Positions 9,319-18,934 of a stretch of DNA of 64,000 bases are shown here, one piece after another. Made by a program: the position numbers and the translations under genes. The stretch's first letter is position 1; the number at the start of each line of letters is the position of its first letter. The stretch comes from Patescibacteria group bacterium (GTDB lineage Bacteria > Patescibacteriota > Minisyncoccia > Phycocordibacterales > CAIRYW01), in NCBI GenBank assembly GCA_040389185.1, contig JAZKAJ010000006.1, forward strand, positions 2,914-66,913, in the 5' to 3' direction. The notes beneath the pieces are model-generated. The model saw nothing but the letters and a program-made list of their open reading frames with translations, was not told where the DNA came from and ran no database searches.

Positions 9319-10494
9319 ATGACTCGAATATTTGGCTTTTTAACGGATTGGACTTATTCATTTCTCTCTCACCTCACCCCAAGGAATAAGAATTTGTGGG
9401 TGTTTTGGGGTTGGCACCTTGGTGAAGTAGGAGAACTTTTTGCAGATAATTCAAAGTATTTTTATCTTTATATAAACAATCATCATAAAGAAATACGGGC
9501 AGTCTGGCTGACAGGCTCAAGCGAGACAAAAAAGCGCCTGCAGGCGAAAGGCTTAGAATGCTATCTTTTTTATGAATATAAAGGTGCGCTATCTGCAATG
9601 CTCGCAGGCTTTACAATCATTGATGGACTTATGAGTCGCTCCACTTGGAGATATGCAGGACGAACAAATATAATACAACTCTGGCACGGCAAAGGAATGA
9701 AAAAAGGATTACATCTAAGTCCTTATAATAATTCCAAAAAAAATAATTATTTCATTACACCTCAGCTATTCAAAAGACCGACGAAAATAATAGCCTCATC
9801 AGCATATGCTGGGAAGCTCATGGCATTAATGTTTAATGAACCGATGACGAAGATTATCACAACTGGATTGCCAAGAAACGATGTCTTATTTAAAACTATA
9901 AAAAATAGTGAGGTAGACACGGATCTCGAATTAAAAGAAAGCATCCTCAAAGTAAAACAAGTATGCAAAGGGCTCGTCTTATATGCCCCCACCTTTCGTC
10001 CTGACGGTAAAAACCCATTGGATGCTATCGACTGGGAAGCCTTAAACAGTGATATCAAAGAGGCAAATATATACATCACTGTCTTACTCCATCCAAAATT
10101 TGCCCGCAAAACTCACTCGAAAATGGAAAGTTTTTCAAATATTATCTATGGAAAACCAGGGTTTGATATTTATCCACTTTTAATCAATTTTGATGCACTG
10201 ATAACAGATTATTCATCAATCTATATTGATTATTTACTCCTTGATCGACCTATGATATTTTTTGATTTTGATATTGAGGAATACAAACAAAAAATGGGTC
10301 TTTTTGATGAGTATGCAGAAATGACCCCAGGACCCCATCCAAAAGATCAGAAGGATCTCACTGTCGCAATAAAGGAAGTTATAAAAAATGATACCTTCAA
10401 ATCAGAGAGACAAAGAGTTATGAAACTCCTCCACGAACATACACTCGACGGAAATTCATCCGAAAGAGTATTGAGCGGGATTAAAGGCCTGTAG
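9319..10494 (+). CDS. CDP-glycerol glycerophosphotransferase family protein (TagB/TagF-like)
   Basis: 391 aa. [23 protein letters not shown] and HPKF motifs of the Glyphos_transf family. Confidence 0.8.
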   Translation: MTRIFGFLTDWTYSFLSHLTPRNKNLWVFWGWHLGEVGELFADNSKYFYLYINNHHKEIRAVWLTGSSETKKRLQAKGLECYLFYEYKGALSAMLAGFTIIDGLMSRSTWRYAGRTNIIQLWHGKGMKKGLHLSPYNNSKKNNYFITPQLFKRPTKIIASSAYAGKLMALMFNEPMTKIITTGLPRNDVLFKTIKNSEVDTDLELKESILKVKQVCKGLVLYAPTFRPDGKNPLDAIDWEALNSDIKEANIYITVLLHPKFARKTHSKMESFSNIIYGKPGFDIYPLLINFDALITDYSSIYIDYLLLDRPMIFFDFDIEEYKQKMGLFDEYAEMTPGPHPKDQKDLTVAIKEVIKNDTFKSERQRVMKLLHEHTLDGNSSERVLSGIKGL

Positions 10495-11617
10495 CCGCTT
10501 TAGCAATGAGCGCTTCATAGCGCTTTGCAGTTATGCCTATATCATAGTGGCTTGCAGTCTCTATTGCGCACTGACCCATCTCAACTATTTTCAAATAGGA
10601 TCCGTCCATTTTAACGAGTACATCTCTCACACCTTCAGGAGTTCTGTTATCAATAAAATAACCGTTCTTACCTTCACTGATCATTCGGTCAGGACCAGCA
10701 GTTCTCGTTGAAAGGACTGGTAATCCACAAGCAAGAGCTTCAGCGTGCGCAATACCAAAGCCCTCTATATCTGAGGTTGAGATAAAAAAATCTGAGGCAA
10801 TATAATAGCGAAAAATATCCATTTGAGAACCCATCATAAACACCTTACCATTAAGACCGAGATCAACAATTCTTTTTGAAAGAGTTTCTCTTAATGTACC
10901 ATCGCCTAAAATAAGTAATTTATAATCAATATATTCTTTCACAAAAAGATCAAAACCTTCGATGAGTAGTTTCTGATTCTTTTGGGTAGTTAGTCTCCCC
11001 ACATTTATTATCAATCGATCACTATCTTTAAATCCAAGTTCTTTTTTTATTGCGGACTTATTATATGGTTTTATAGTTTCGTTAATTTTTTGAATATCAA
11101 TACCGTTTTGAATCACTTCAAATTTGCTTTCAGAAATGTTTTCCTGTTTTGCAGTAAATTCCTTTACAGTCTCTGAAACTGCCACAATTTTGTAAGTAAC
11201 AAAGGAAAGCCACTTATCAATAAAAATTTCAAAACGGGTCTTTTTGGTGTAGGTATTATGCTCGACAGTAATGATCTTGAATCCTAAAAATAGCTTTATG
11301 ATACGAGTTACGGTGTTAGAGAAAAACAAATGCGATACAACCACGTCTGGGTGAATCTTCCTTAGAGTTCGAAAAAGGGACAACCATCCTTTTATATCTT
11401 TGATGCCCTTCCAAGAAAGTTTTTTTATTTTGATATCTTGAGGAATCAGATCATAGAATGTCTTTTTGCCCTCAAAGGTGATTAAAGTTATCAGGCTATA
11501 GTCGAACTTTTGTCTATCAGCATGATTAAGTACATCCACAATAAGTTTTTGTGCGCCCGCAGCAGTAAAATCATTTATAACTATTACTACCTTTATTTTT
11601 CTATCTTGTTTTTCCAT
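10481..11617 (-). CDS. GT4-family glycosyltransferase
   Basis: Glycos_transf_1 C-terminal domain ([29 protein letters not shown]-x7-E region). Confidence 0.85.
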   Translation of the reverse strand: MEKQDRKIKVVIVINDFTAAGAQKLIVDVLNHADRQKFDYSLITLITFEGKKTFYDLIPQDIKIKKLSWKGIKDIKGWLSLFRTLRKIHPDVVVSHLFFSNTVTRIIKLFLGFKIITVEHNTYTKKTRFEIFIDKWLSFVTYKIVAVSETVKEFTAKQENISESKFEVIQNGIDIQKINETIKPYNKSAIKKELGFKDSDRLIINVGRLTTQKNQKLLIEGFDLFVKEYIDYKLLILGDGTLRETLSKRIVDLGLNGKVFMMGSQMDIFRYYIASDFFISTSDIEGFGIAHAEALACGLPVLSTRTAGPDRMISEGKNGYFIDNRTPEGVRDVLVKMDGSYLKIVEMGQCAIETASHYDIGITAKRYEALIAKAATGL

Positions 11618-12389
11618 TTTTTAGACCTTCGTAGATACTGATCGCATTTGATAATTTTGTCTTAAATTGGATGAATGATGTTTTTGAATCAATCGAGTTT
11701 CTTTTCAACTTAAAAATGTCATCATGAGTCTTTATCAGTCCACCTTCAACCGTCACTGCCCCACTCCATTCATTGTCCCTTAGGTAATCAATTATAGCAT
11801 CAGTATATCTACCCTTAGGATATGCAAAAATATCTGCCTTAGCTAAAGTTAGGCTTTCAATGTATTTTCTTGATTCTGATATTTCAGAGGCAGCGATTTC
11901 AAACGAAACCTTATCAAGTACTACATGGTGTGCAGTATGAGGCATTAATTCTGCAACATCTTTGTCTTGAGCAAGCTCTGCAAGCTCACTGTTTTTCATA
12001 AGCGATATCTCCACCCCATCACTTGTTCTCATTGTCTTATTGATATTTTGGGTTGCAATAAAAAATGTAGCTTTTATCCCTAATTCCTTGAGGATGGGAT
12101 ATGCAATCTCAAAATTATCTTTGTAACCGTCATCAAAAGTAATACACACAGTATTCTTGAATTGCTCACTTTTTTTCATTTTATCGATCAATTCTGATAT
12201 GAAAATAATATTATATCCATTATCCTTTATATATTGCATCTGTCTCCCAAATGCTTCTTTTGTGACAGTAAAATAAGCATTGTTATCACCTATCGAGTGA
12301 TACATGAGTATCGAGCATCCACTATTCCTCTTGCCACATAGAGCAAAGAGAATAAAACAGATCAGGTCTTTGAGAGACTGCTTTAACAT
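11601..12389 (-). CDS. polysaccharide deacetylase (CE4 NodB-type)
   Basis: ITFDDGYKDN (motif 1) and HTAHH (His motif). Confidence 0.85.
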   Translation of the reverse strand: MLKQSLKDLICFILFALCGKRNSGCSILMYHSIGDNNAYFTVTKEAFGRQMQYIKDNGYNIIFISELIDKMKKSEQFKNTVCITFDDGYKDNFEIAYPILKELGIKATFFIATQNINKTMRTSDGVEISLMKNSELAELAQDKDVAELMPHTAHHVVLDKVSFEIAASEISESRKYIESLTLAKADIFAYPKGRYTDAIIDYLRDNEWSGAVTVEGGLIKTHDDIFKLKRNSIDSKTSFIQFKTKLSNAISIYEGLKNGKTR

Positions 12390-13426
12390 ACAATTTTTTG
12401 AATAAGGGATTTTAAACTATGTTGCTCAAGCACTATACTTCGAAGCATCACACCTATTTCTTTTTTGGTTTCCTTATCTAACAGATGGATCTGTTTTATT
12501 TTCTCTGCGAGATCGATTGCATCATTTTCGTTGAACATTAGAATACTGTGCCATTTTTTTGGAAAGATATTTTCATATGACCGGTTTGAAACAAGTGCGA
12601 GCCCCCCGCACGCCATCATCTCAAGAATCACTTTATCAAATGAACCAGTTGGCGTGAGATTCACCAACACTCCATGAGAATTATATATCTCTACTGTTTT
12701 GTTGTTTGGAACAGAACCAGGAAATGATACAAGATTTCGTTCTTCTATTTCCTTTGCTTTTTCTTTCAAGTTTTCAAAATAGCCTTTTTCAGAATCCACT
12801 TTAACAGGACCACCATAAAGATCTGCCTTAAAGGTATCGCTTTCTTTTGAGAGAAGGAGAAGTGATTCAACAAGTATTTCCACTTTTTTAATTGATGAGA
12901 TTCGCCCCAAATAAAGCAAAGGTGAATCAGATCTTTGATCATCATGATTGTCCCTAAAGTAATCTGTATCAATACCAGCAGGCATGATCTCAGTTTTTTT
13001 GAACTTTGCAGTAAATGAAAACTCTGAAGTACAAAATACCCTATCGGAAAGAAATACCGCGAGCTTTGTTTTCCAAGTGCCATTCGGATGATTTCTCCAC
13101 ATGAATATCTTTTTACCCCGAAGCTTCCAAATAAGGGCACCAAGTAGCACGTATTCTTGGTTCATATGTACAAATACTGTGTCATATGTGCTGTTCATAG
13201 AAATGATTCTCTTATAAAAATTTGAAATGTATGAGAACCTTGACTGTTTCGTCTCTTTTCCAAGTGAAAAAACTGGAATCGATTTTGGAAGGCTATTTAC
13301 CCCCTTTTCCAAGCAGATCACAGAAACACTCGATACTTTTTTTTCAAATTCCTCCACCCAACGGATAAAGAATCCTAAAACATCATCATCTTTATCTATC
13401 TTTTGGGTTATAACAAGTAATTTCAT
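12383..13426 (-). CDS. GT4-family glycosyltransferase
   Basis: GT-B fold, EMMACGGLALVSN glycos_transf_1 signature. Overlaps both neighbours. Confidence 0.75.
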   Translation of the reverse strand: MKLLVITQKIDKDDDVLGFFIRWVEEFEKKVSSVSVICLEKGVNSLPKSIPVFSLGKETKQSRFSYISNFYKRIISMNSTYDTVFVHMNQEYVLLGALIWKLRGKKIFMWRNHPNGTWKTKLAVFLSDRVFCTSEFSFTAKFKKTEIMPAGIDTDYFRDNHDDQRSDSPLLYLGRISSIKKVEILVESLLLLSKESDTFKADLYGGPVKVDSEKGYFENLKEKAKEIEERNLVSFPGSVPNNKTVEIYNSHGVLVNLTPTGSFDKVILEMMACGGLALVSNRSYENIFPKKWHSILMFNENDAIDLAEKIKQIHLLDKETKKEIGVMLRSIVLEQHSLKSLIQKIVC

Positions 13427-14274
13427 ATGTTTTCGCCATAGACACCGCGAAGGAGATGTAAATCTTTATGTGTTTTTTTGAGTAATTCAATATTTTTTTC
13501 TTCCATTGCCCTGAGCATTTGTATACCTTTTTCATCCTTTGTGTGTATAGAATAAAACTTTGAAAGTGCGGCGAAATCTTTAATAAAACATTCACCCCCT
13601 GCTCCTCTACCTGATTTGTGTAGTGCATTTGCATAAGTTGGTCCATTATCTGGATCTGCAGATATCGCTTTTTTGATATTTTCATAATCTACACCGAAAC
13701 TTTCTGTCAAATCATGGAAAATGTTTGCCATAAGTACTCGTGCGTATCCAATAGAGTTTCTTGCGTATTTGATAAGCTCAGCTTCTGTTGAGTCGCATAT
13801 AAGCTCAAAAGGTGCTTCAGGAAGGATTTCCATAACCCCTCTTGCAATATCTTTATGCTTTTCATCGTTTAAAGGAATACCAATAATATTTCTCGCAGGA
13901 TTTGAGGCATCATATTTTGCGGTTGCAACAGACAGAAACTCAGGGTTGACCAAAACAACAATATCTTTGAAATCTACTTGGATCTTTTTTAAGGTTCCTG
14001 GTAAAAGGGTTGATTTGATTACGGCAACCTTATCCTTACCCACCAGTTTTAATGCCTCTCTCACAATTGAATCATCAAACTCGCCGTGTTTTGTTGGTGT
14101 AGGAACAGCAACAAAAACGAGATCGCAATCCTTTATCATGTCTTTATTCATCACATACTCCTTTTCCAAGGAATATCTAACCACCGTTAAACCACGCTCC
14201 TCAAAATCATCAGAATAATTCTTACCAATCCATCCCTGTCCTATGAATCCAATTTTTTTATTTTTAAAGTCCAT
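13423..14274 (-). CDS. UDP-glucose/GDP-mannose dehydrogenase-family protein; only the N-terminal NAD-binding and central domains
   Basis: GFIGQGWIG Rossmann motif and catalytic-Cys motif GRGAGGECFIKD. Stops at 283 aa where the next gene starts, so no C-terminal UDP-binding domain is present. Confidence 0.65.
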   Translation of the reverse strand: MDFKNKKIGFIGQGWIGKNYSDDFEERGLTVVRYSLEKEYVMNKDMIKDCDLVFVAVPTPTKHGEFDDSIVREALKLVGKDKVAVIKSTLLPGTLKKIQVDFKDIVVLVNPEFLSVATAKYDASNPARNIIGIPLNDEKHKDIARGVMEILPEAPFELICDSTEAELIKYARNSIGYARVLMANIFHDLTESFGVDYENIKKAISADPDNGPTYANALHKSGRGAGGECFIKDFAALSKFYSIHTKDEKGIQMLRAMEEKNIELLKKTHKDLHLLRGVYGENI

Positions 14275-14293
14275 TTATTTATAGTCTAAATTA

Positions 14294-15643
14294 TTATTCT
14301 CCTCCGCTTCCTGGGATGAGTGTGAGCACTTCTTTGATCGGCATACAAAGCTTTTCTGCATTGCCAGCGCTCCCGTCCTCTAGGATCATCTCAGCCACCT
14401 TTGTCATCGCGGGATATGCACTTCGAAGAAGTTGATTAGCATAGATCACGACATTTACTCCCGCTTTTTCTAGTTCGTCCTCAGTGACAGAAGAATAGGT
14501 ACTTGGCACAACAGCAAGCGGAACTCTGTTCTTGAATTTTTTGTACTCTTTGCAGAATTCAAATATTTCCGTCGGCTCCTTTTCTTTGCTGTGAATAAGG
14601 ATCCCGTCAGCACCTGCCTCGATATATGCTTTTGCACGAGTAAGTGCGTCTTCCATACCCTGCTTTAAAATGAGACTTTCTATTCGAGCAAAGATCATAA
14701 AATGATTGGTTACCTGAGCCTTTTTACCCATAGAGATCTTGTAGCAAAAATCTTCAATGCTGTCCTGAATCTGATTTGCCCCTGTTCCAAAAAGTGAATT
14801 CGCTTTAAGACCTTTCTTGTCTTCAATAATAACTGCTGATGCGCCCAATCGCTCCAACGTCTTTACCATAAGTGCAAAGTGTTCTGGGAATCCTCCGTTA
14901 TCCGCATCTACAATCATTGGCTTTGTTGTTACATCAAATATCTGATCGATAGTACTTTGTCTTGAAGTAAAATCAACAGAACCATTATCAGGCTTTCCTT
15001 TTGCAACAGAATCAGTGAGCGAAGAAAGCCACATTCCATCAAATTCTGACGCTTTTTCTTCTTTTGAGATTTTGGTCTTTTCTACAATTCTCCCAGTAAG
15101 ACCATTGTGGACTTCCATAATTCTTATAAGCGGCTTTACAGATAAGTATCTTCGAAGAAGCTTCATTCGTGTCTCAGGTGTAACACCTTGTCCAACGAGC
15201 CCCTCTATAAGATTGGTAGTTGATGGAATACTTTCTATTCGCTTAGGCTCAACCAATTCACCCCCGTATTCATTTAAAATTTCTATTACTTTTTTTCTTT
15301 TTTCTGATTGAACGCTTTCCTTCCAGTCATCGCCATGAACAAAATAATCTGGTTTTAATTTTCGAAGATTTGGCTCAAAATCGTGAACTTCTTGAAGCAT
15401 TACCGAATCAACCCCGACAATACTCTCAATGATCTTCTTTCGCTGATCATAAGTAGATAACGGCACTCTTTTGTATGTAGCTATAGCTTCGTCGCTCAAA
15501 AGCCCGATAACAACTTTCCCGAGTTTTCTTGCCTCATTGATAATGTAAATATGACCATAATGAATAAGGTCCACTGCCATTGGCAAATAAACAACCTTCT
15601 CTTTTTTATCGTTATCCTGGCTAGTTTTTTTAGTCTTTTTCAT
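14294..15643 (-). CDS. bifunctional cytidylyltransferase / phosphoenolpyruvate phosphomutase (Fom1-like CyTase-Ppm fusion)
   Basis: N-terminal HxGH nucleotidyltransferase domain (VVYLPMAVDLIHYGHIYII). C-terminal ICL/PEPM fold with IVDADNGGF and the Ppm-diagnostic EDK-X5-NS motif (VIIEDKKGLKANS). GADGILIHS is also present. Confidence 0.8.
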   Translation of the reverse strand: MKKTKKTSQDNDKKEKVVYLPMAVDLIHYGHIYIINEARKLGKVVIGLLSDEAIATYKRVPLSTYDQRKKIIESIVGVDSVMLQEVHDFEPNLRKLKPDYFVHGDDWKESVQSEKRKKVIEILNEYGGELVEPKRIESIPSTTNLIEGLVGQGVTPETRMKLLRRYLSVKPLIRIMEVHNGLTGRIVEKTKISKEEKASEFDGMWLSSLTDSVAKGKPDNGSVDFTSRQSTIDQIFDVTTKPMIVDADNGGFPEHFALMVKTLERLGASAVIIEDKKGLKANSLFGTGANQIQDSIEDFCYKISMGKKAQVTNHFMIFARIESLILKQGMEDALTRAKAYIEAGADGILIHSKEKEPTEIFEFCKEYKKFKNRVPLAVVPSTYSSVTEDELEKAGVNVVIYANQLLRSAYPAMTKVAEMILEDGSAGNAEKLCMPIKEVLTLIPGSGGE

Positions 15644-15689
15644 AGAGATTACTATACATTATGGCAATACTTATAACAAGTTCAAACCC

Positions 15690-16622
15690 TTAAACTAACT
15701 CAGCAGTAAAAGTTTTTTTACTTAATAATTCATTGTAGAGCATTGACCACTCTGCACTATATTTTTTAAATTCTTCAACTTCTTTTTCATCCCAGATTTT
15801 CTCTTTGTTATGCCATGGCTTTATGCCCTTTTTCTGCATCTTCTTGATCTCTTTTTCACTCAAGATCGGTGTCAATCCAAACTCTTTTGCCACATTCTTA
15901 TAGTAGCCATAATAATCCTGTCTTGCTTCATTCAATTTAAATATAAAGATCTTCTCTTTTGGAATTTCTTTCAACTGTTCCCAAATATCTTTATTCATCT
16001 TATTTCCCCACCACGCGATCTTTCCGACTCGAGTGAGACCATCCCATTCTCTATAGAATTCTCCGTTAGGCACCAGTCGTCCAAAGAGATAAAGCCAATA
16101 CCATTTCTGTGGAAAGTTAGGTTGAAACCCGAGTGCCATATCGACATTATCTCGCACATATTTGTGCTCAAAAAATCCCTTATTGTAAATCGATTGGACT
16201 GTAAACTTTGGATCATTGATCGCAAAGATGATTCGTTCAGGTCGAAGCAAAGTATTGAGTTCTACAATCCCATGTGAAAAGAAAGGGCTGATAACAAGCG
16301 CAATATCTCCTTTTTTCCAATCTTCAACAATGCCGTGCTTTATAAGCTTTATGATCCCTGCAGTATCAATCGGTAGTTTGTTGTATTTTATGTATCGATA
16401 GAAACATTCCGGCTCAAAATATCTTTCAGTGATTCCTGTTGCATTTGTATGCAAATTAAAAATATCTCCAAGCAAACGTGTGCCAGAGCGAGCCGCTAAA
16501 GTACAAAGAATTAACTTTTTCCCAGCCTGAAGTCCTTTTTCGTATTCCAAATCAACTGATTCAAGTATTTTGGAATCGAGACCTCCCCTATCCCATGAGA
16601 TCAAAAGCTTTCCTATTTTCAT
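15690..16622 (-). CDS. sulfotransferase-fold family protein
   Basis: 5'-PSB-like CTLAARSGTRLL and 3'-PB-like FAINDPKFTVQSIY motifs. 310 aa. Confidence 0.5.
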   Translation of the reverse strand: MKIGKLLISWDRGGLDSKILESVDLEYEKGLQAGKKLILCTLAARSGTRLLGDIFNLHTNATGITERYFEPECFYRYIKYNKLPIDTAGIIKLIKHGIVEDWKKGDIALVISPFFSHGIVELNTLLRPERIIFAINDPKFTVQSIYNKGFFEHKYVRDNVDMALGFQPNFPQKWYWLYLFGRLVPNGEFYREWDGLTRVGKIAWWGNKMNKDIWEQLKEIPKEKIFIFKLNEARQDYYGYYKNVAKEFGLTPILSEKEIKKMQKKGIKPWHNKEKIWDEKEVEEFKKYSAEWSMLYNELLSKKTFTAELV

Positions 16623-16629
16623 AATAAAA

Positions 16630-17760
16630 TTAGATGATGGTGTTTAGTATTAATCTTGCGTCTATGAGGGTCATATTTCTCGGATTATTCTTCATTCGTT
16701 CTATCGATGCTTCCTTGAGAATCAGATCGATATCCACCGGCTTCAATTTATCAAAATTCACCTTAAGTCCTATTGCATTAAAAAGTTCATCTAGTGTTTC
16801 TGATGCTTCTTTTGGGGTCTTAGTGCCTAGTATCTCGACGATCTCATCGATCGTCCCCTTTACATAACTTACTCCCCGAGGATCGTTATTATTTTCTTCA
16901 TTAACCTCGCTATTATATATCAAAATCTGAGGCAGAGTAAGAGATACTGCCTGGCCGTGCGGAATGTTGAAATGGGATGTAAACGGATAAGAAAGGGCGT
17001 GGCAAGCGGTAGTTTTTGAGATATTAATAGCCTTTCCTGCCAAGTGCGAACCTTTTGCTATAATTTCTCGAAGTTTTTGATCTGGTTTTAATACCACATC
17101 TTTCAAATTTGGATATAAAAGAGATAGAGCTTCTCTTGCATACTCTTTTGATTCTTCAGTTGAAGCAACAGACCACAATGATTCAATCGCCTGACAAAGT
17201 GCATCAGCACCTGCCTGTGCCGTAATCTCTGCATTTAAATTTGATGTGAGTAGTGGATCAACGATTGAAATAGTAGGTAAGATCTTTTGATCGGCAAGCG
17301 AATATTTTGTTGTATCAATATAAACCACTGCAAAATGTGTTGCCTCGCTTCCAGATCCAGATGTAGTAGGAATCGCAACAAGCGGCAAGCCATTTGTTGT
17401 TAATTTTTTTTCTCCTTTAATACAATCTTCCAAATCACCCATCTGAAACGAAAGTATATTTACAAGTTTTGCCATATCGATCACACTGCCACCTCCAACT
17501 GCAACAACTATATCAGGAACAAATTTTTTAAACTCTTCTATCCCCTTTTTTACATCTATAATATTTGGATTTGATTTGAAATCAGAGAATTGAAAAACAT
17601 TCTTACCTTGAAAGATAGACTCTAATTCTTTTTCTGCCCCCGATTCTTTGAACGAATTTTTGCCCGTTACAAGAAAGATCCTTTCGCTTTTTAAATTGCT
17701 TAGGACCTCTTCAAGTTTTTTAATGCTACCATTCCCAAAATATTCTACTTGTTTTTCCAT
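16630..17760 (-). CDS. iron-containing (group III) alcohol dehydrogenase; candidate phosphonoacetaldehyde reductase (FomC/PhpC-like)
   Basis: VAVGGGSVIDMAK and a metal-binding His-rich C-terminal half. Sits between Ppd and the Ppm fusion. Confidence 0.75.
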   Translation of the reverse strand: MEKQVEYFGNGSIKKLEEVLSNLKSERIFLVTGKNSFKESGAEKELESIFQGKNVFQFSDFKSNPNIIDVKKGIEEFKKFVPDIVVAVGGGSVIDMAKLVNILSFQMGDLEDCIKGEKKLTTNGLPLVAIPTTSGSGSEATHFAVVYIDTTKYSLADQKILPTISIVDPLLTSNLNAEITAQAGADALCQAIESLWSVASTEESKEYAREALSLLYPNLKDVVLKPDQKLREIIAKGSHLAGKAINISKTTACHALSYPFTSHFNIPHGQAVSLTLPQILIYNSEVNEENNNDPRGVSYVKGTIDEIVEILGTKTPKEASETLDELFNAIGLKVNFDKLKPVDIDLILKEASIERMKNNPRNMTLIDARLILNTII

Positions 17761-17762
17761 TT

Positions 17763-18893
17763 CTAATTATTCAAAAAATTCATAAAATCGTTCTTATTCT
17801 CTAAAGGAGTTCTTGTTGGTCTCCCAAGATCTTTTCTTGCACCAGGTGTTACAAGGATTTCCATAAGAATTGGTCCTTCAAGTTTTTCAATCTCTTTAAA
17901 ATTAACCTTGATGTCATCCTCTGTTTTTGAGCAAAAAACATGTTTGTAATTTGAAGCTTTTGCGATAGATCCAAAATCCATCACTGTTGCGGCTGTCGGT
18001 TGACCACCTACAGAATCGTGCACCTTATTATTAAAGACAATATGTATAAAATTCTTTGGTGCAACCTTGCCCGCAGTACCATATGCACCAAGATGCATTA
18101 TAGATGCGCCATCACCATCAAAACAATATACTTTTTTCGTAGGCTTCGCGATTGCAATACCAAGTGCGATCGAAGATGCGTGACCCATACCTCCAACAGT
18201 GAGAAAATCTCGGTCGTGTGTGTCATTATTTTTTACTCGAAGTTCAAACAGCTCTCTTGAGAGCTTACCTGTAGTACCGACAACGACAGCATCTCTTGAG
18301 ATCAATTCAATAACACTCTTCAATGCATCTTCGCGACTGATTGTGATATCACTTGAAATATTTTTCTTTGATCCTTCGTAGTTTGAAAATGTACCGCTCT
18401 TTACTACAAGTGCATACGGCGCTGAATTCTCTATCATTATTTTATATGCTTCTTGTACAGCAACCTTGGCCTCCTCATCATTATCAGGAAGAATTTTGTA
18501 CGGAACTCCCATTACCTCAAGCATTGAGAGCGTGATCTTTCCTTGTTTTTTATGCTGTGGTTCATCTGGAACCCCTTCTTCACCTCTCCATCCCACAAGC
18601 AAAAGAATGGGTACAGAATATATTTCTGGATCAGCAAGAGAGACCAGTGGGTTTAAGGTATTACCGAGACCAGAATTTTGAAGATAGACAAGGCCGATCT
18701 TTTTTGAGGCAAGATAATATCCCATTGCCAGAGCAACCGCATTCCCTTCGTTAGCAGCAATGATATGTTTATCTTCTGAAACATTATCATTCACAAACCC
18801 GCAGAAATCCTTCAAAAGCGAATCTGGCACACCAGCAAAAAATTCAATATTATTCTCTGCAAGCGCTTCAAAAAATGATTTGGGTGATACCAT
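17763..18893 (-). CDS. ppd: phosphonopyruvate decarboxylase (TPP-dependent)
   Basis: 376 aa, about the size of Ppd. N-terminal FAGVPDSLLKDF and the TPP-binding region GDGASIMHLGAYGT...NN. Next to PEP mutase. Confidence 0.8.
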   Translation of the reverse strand: MVSPKSFFEALAENNIEFFAGVPDSLLKDFCGFVNDNVSEDKHIIAANEGNAVALAMGYYLASKKIGLVYLQNSGLGNTLNPLVSLADPEIYSVPILLLVGWRGEEGVPDEPQHKKQGKITLSMLEVMGVPYKILPDNDEEAKVAVQEAYKIMIENSAPYALVVKSGTFSNYEGSKKNISSDITISREDALKSVIELISRDAVVVGTTGKLSRELFELRVKNNDTHDRDFLTVGGMGHASSIALGIAIAKPTKKVYCFDGDGASIMHLGAYGTAGKVAPKNFIHIVFNNKVHDSVGGQPTAATVMDFGSIAKASNYKHVFCSKTEDDIKVNFKEIEKLEGPILMEILVTPGARKDLGRPTRTPLENKNDFMNFLNN

Positions 18894-18934
18894 AAAGAGT
18901 GGATTATAGCTTTATATCAAGTGATTATATCATA

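Noticed and set aside
15810-16401. Plus-strand ORFs (155 aa, 61 aa) antisense to the sulfotransferase-like gene
   Set aside because: Antisense shadow ORFs with no start context. The minus-strand frame has conserved sulfotransferase motifs.
18000-18754. Several 60-86-aa plus-strand ORFs antisense to the phosphonopyruvate decarboxylase gene
   Set aside because: Embedded antisense to a well-supported TPP-enzyme frame. Compositionally biased translations.
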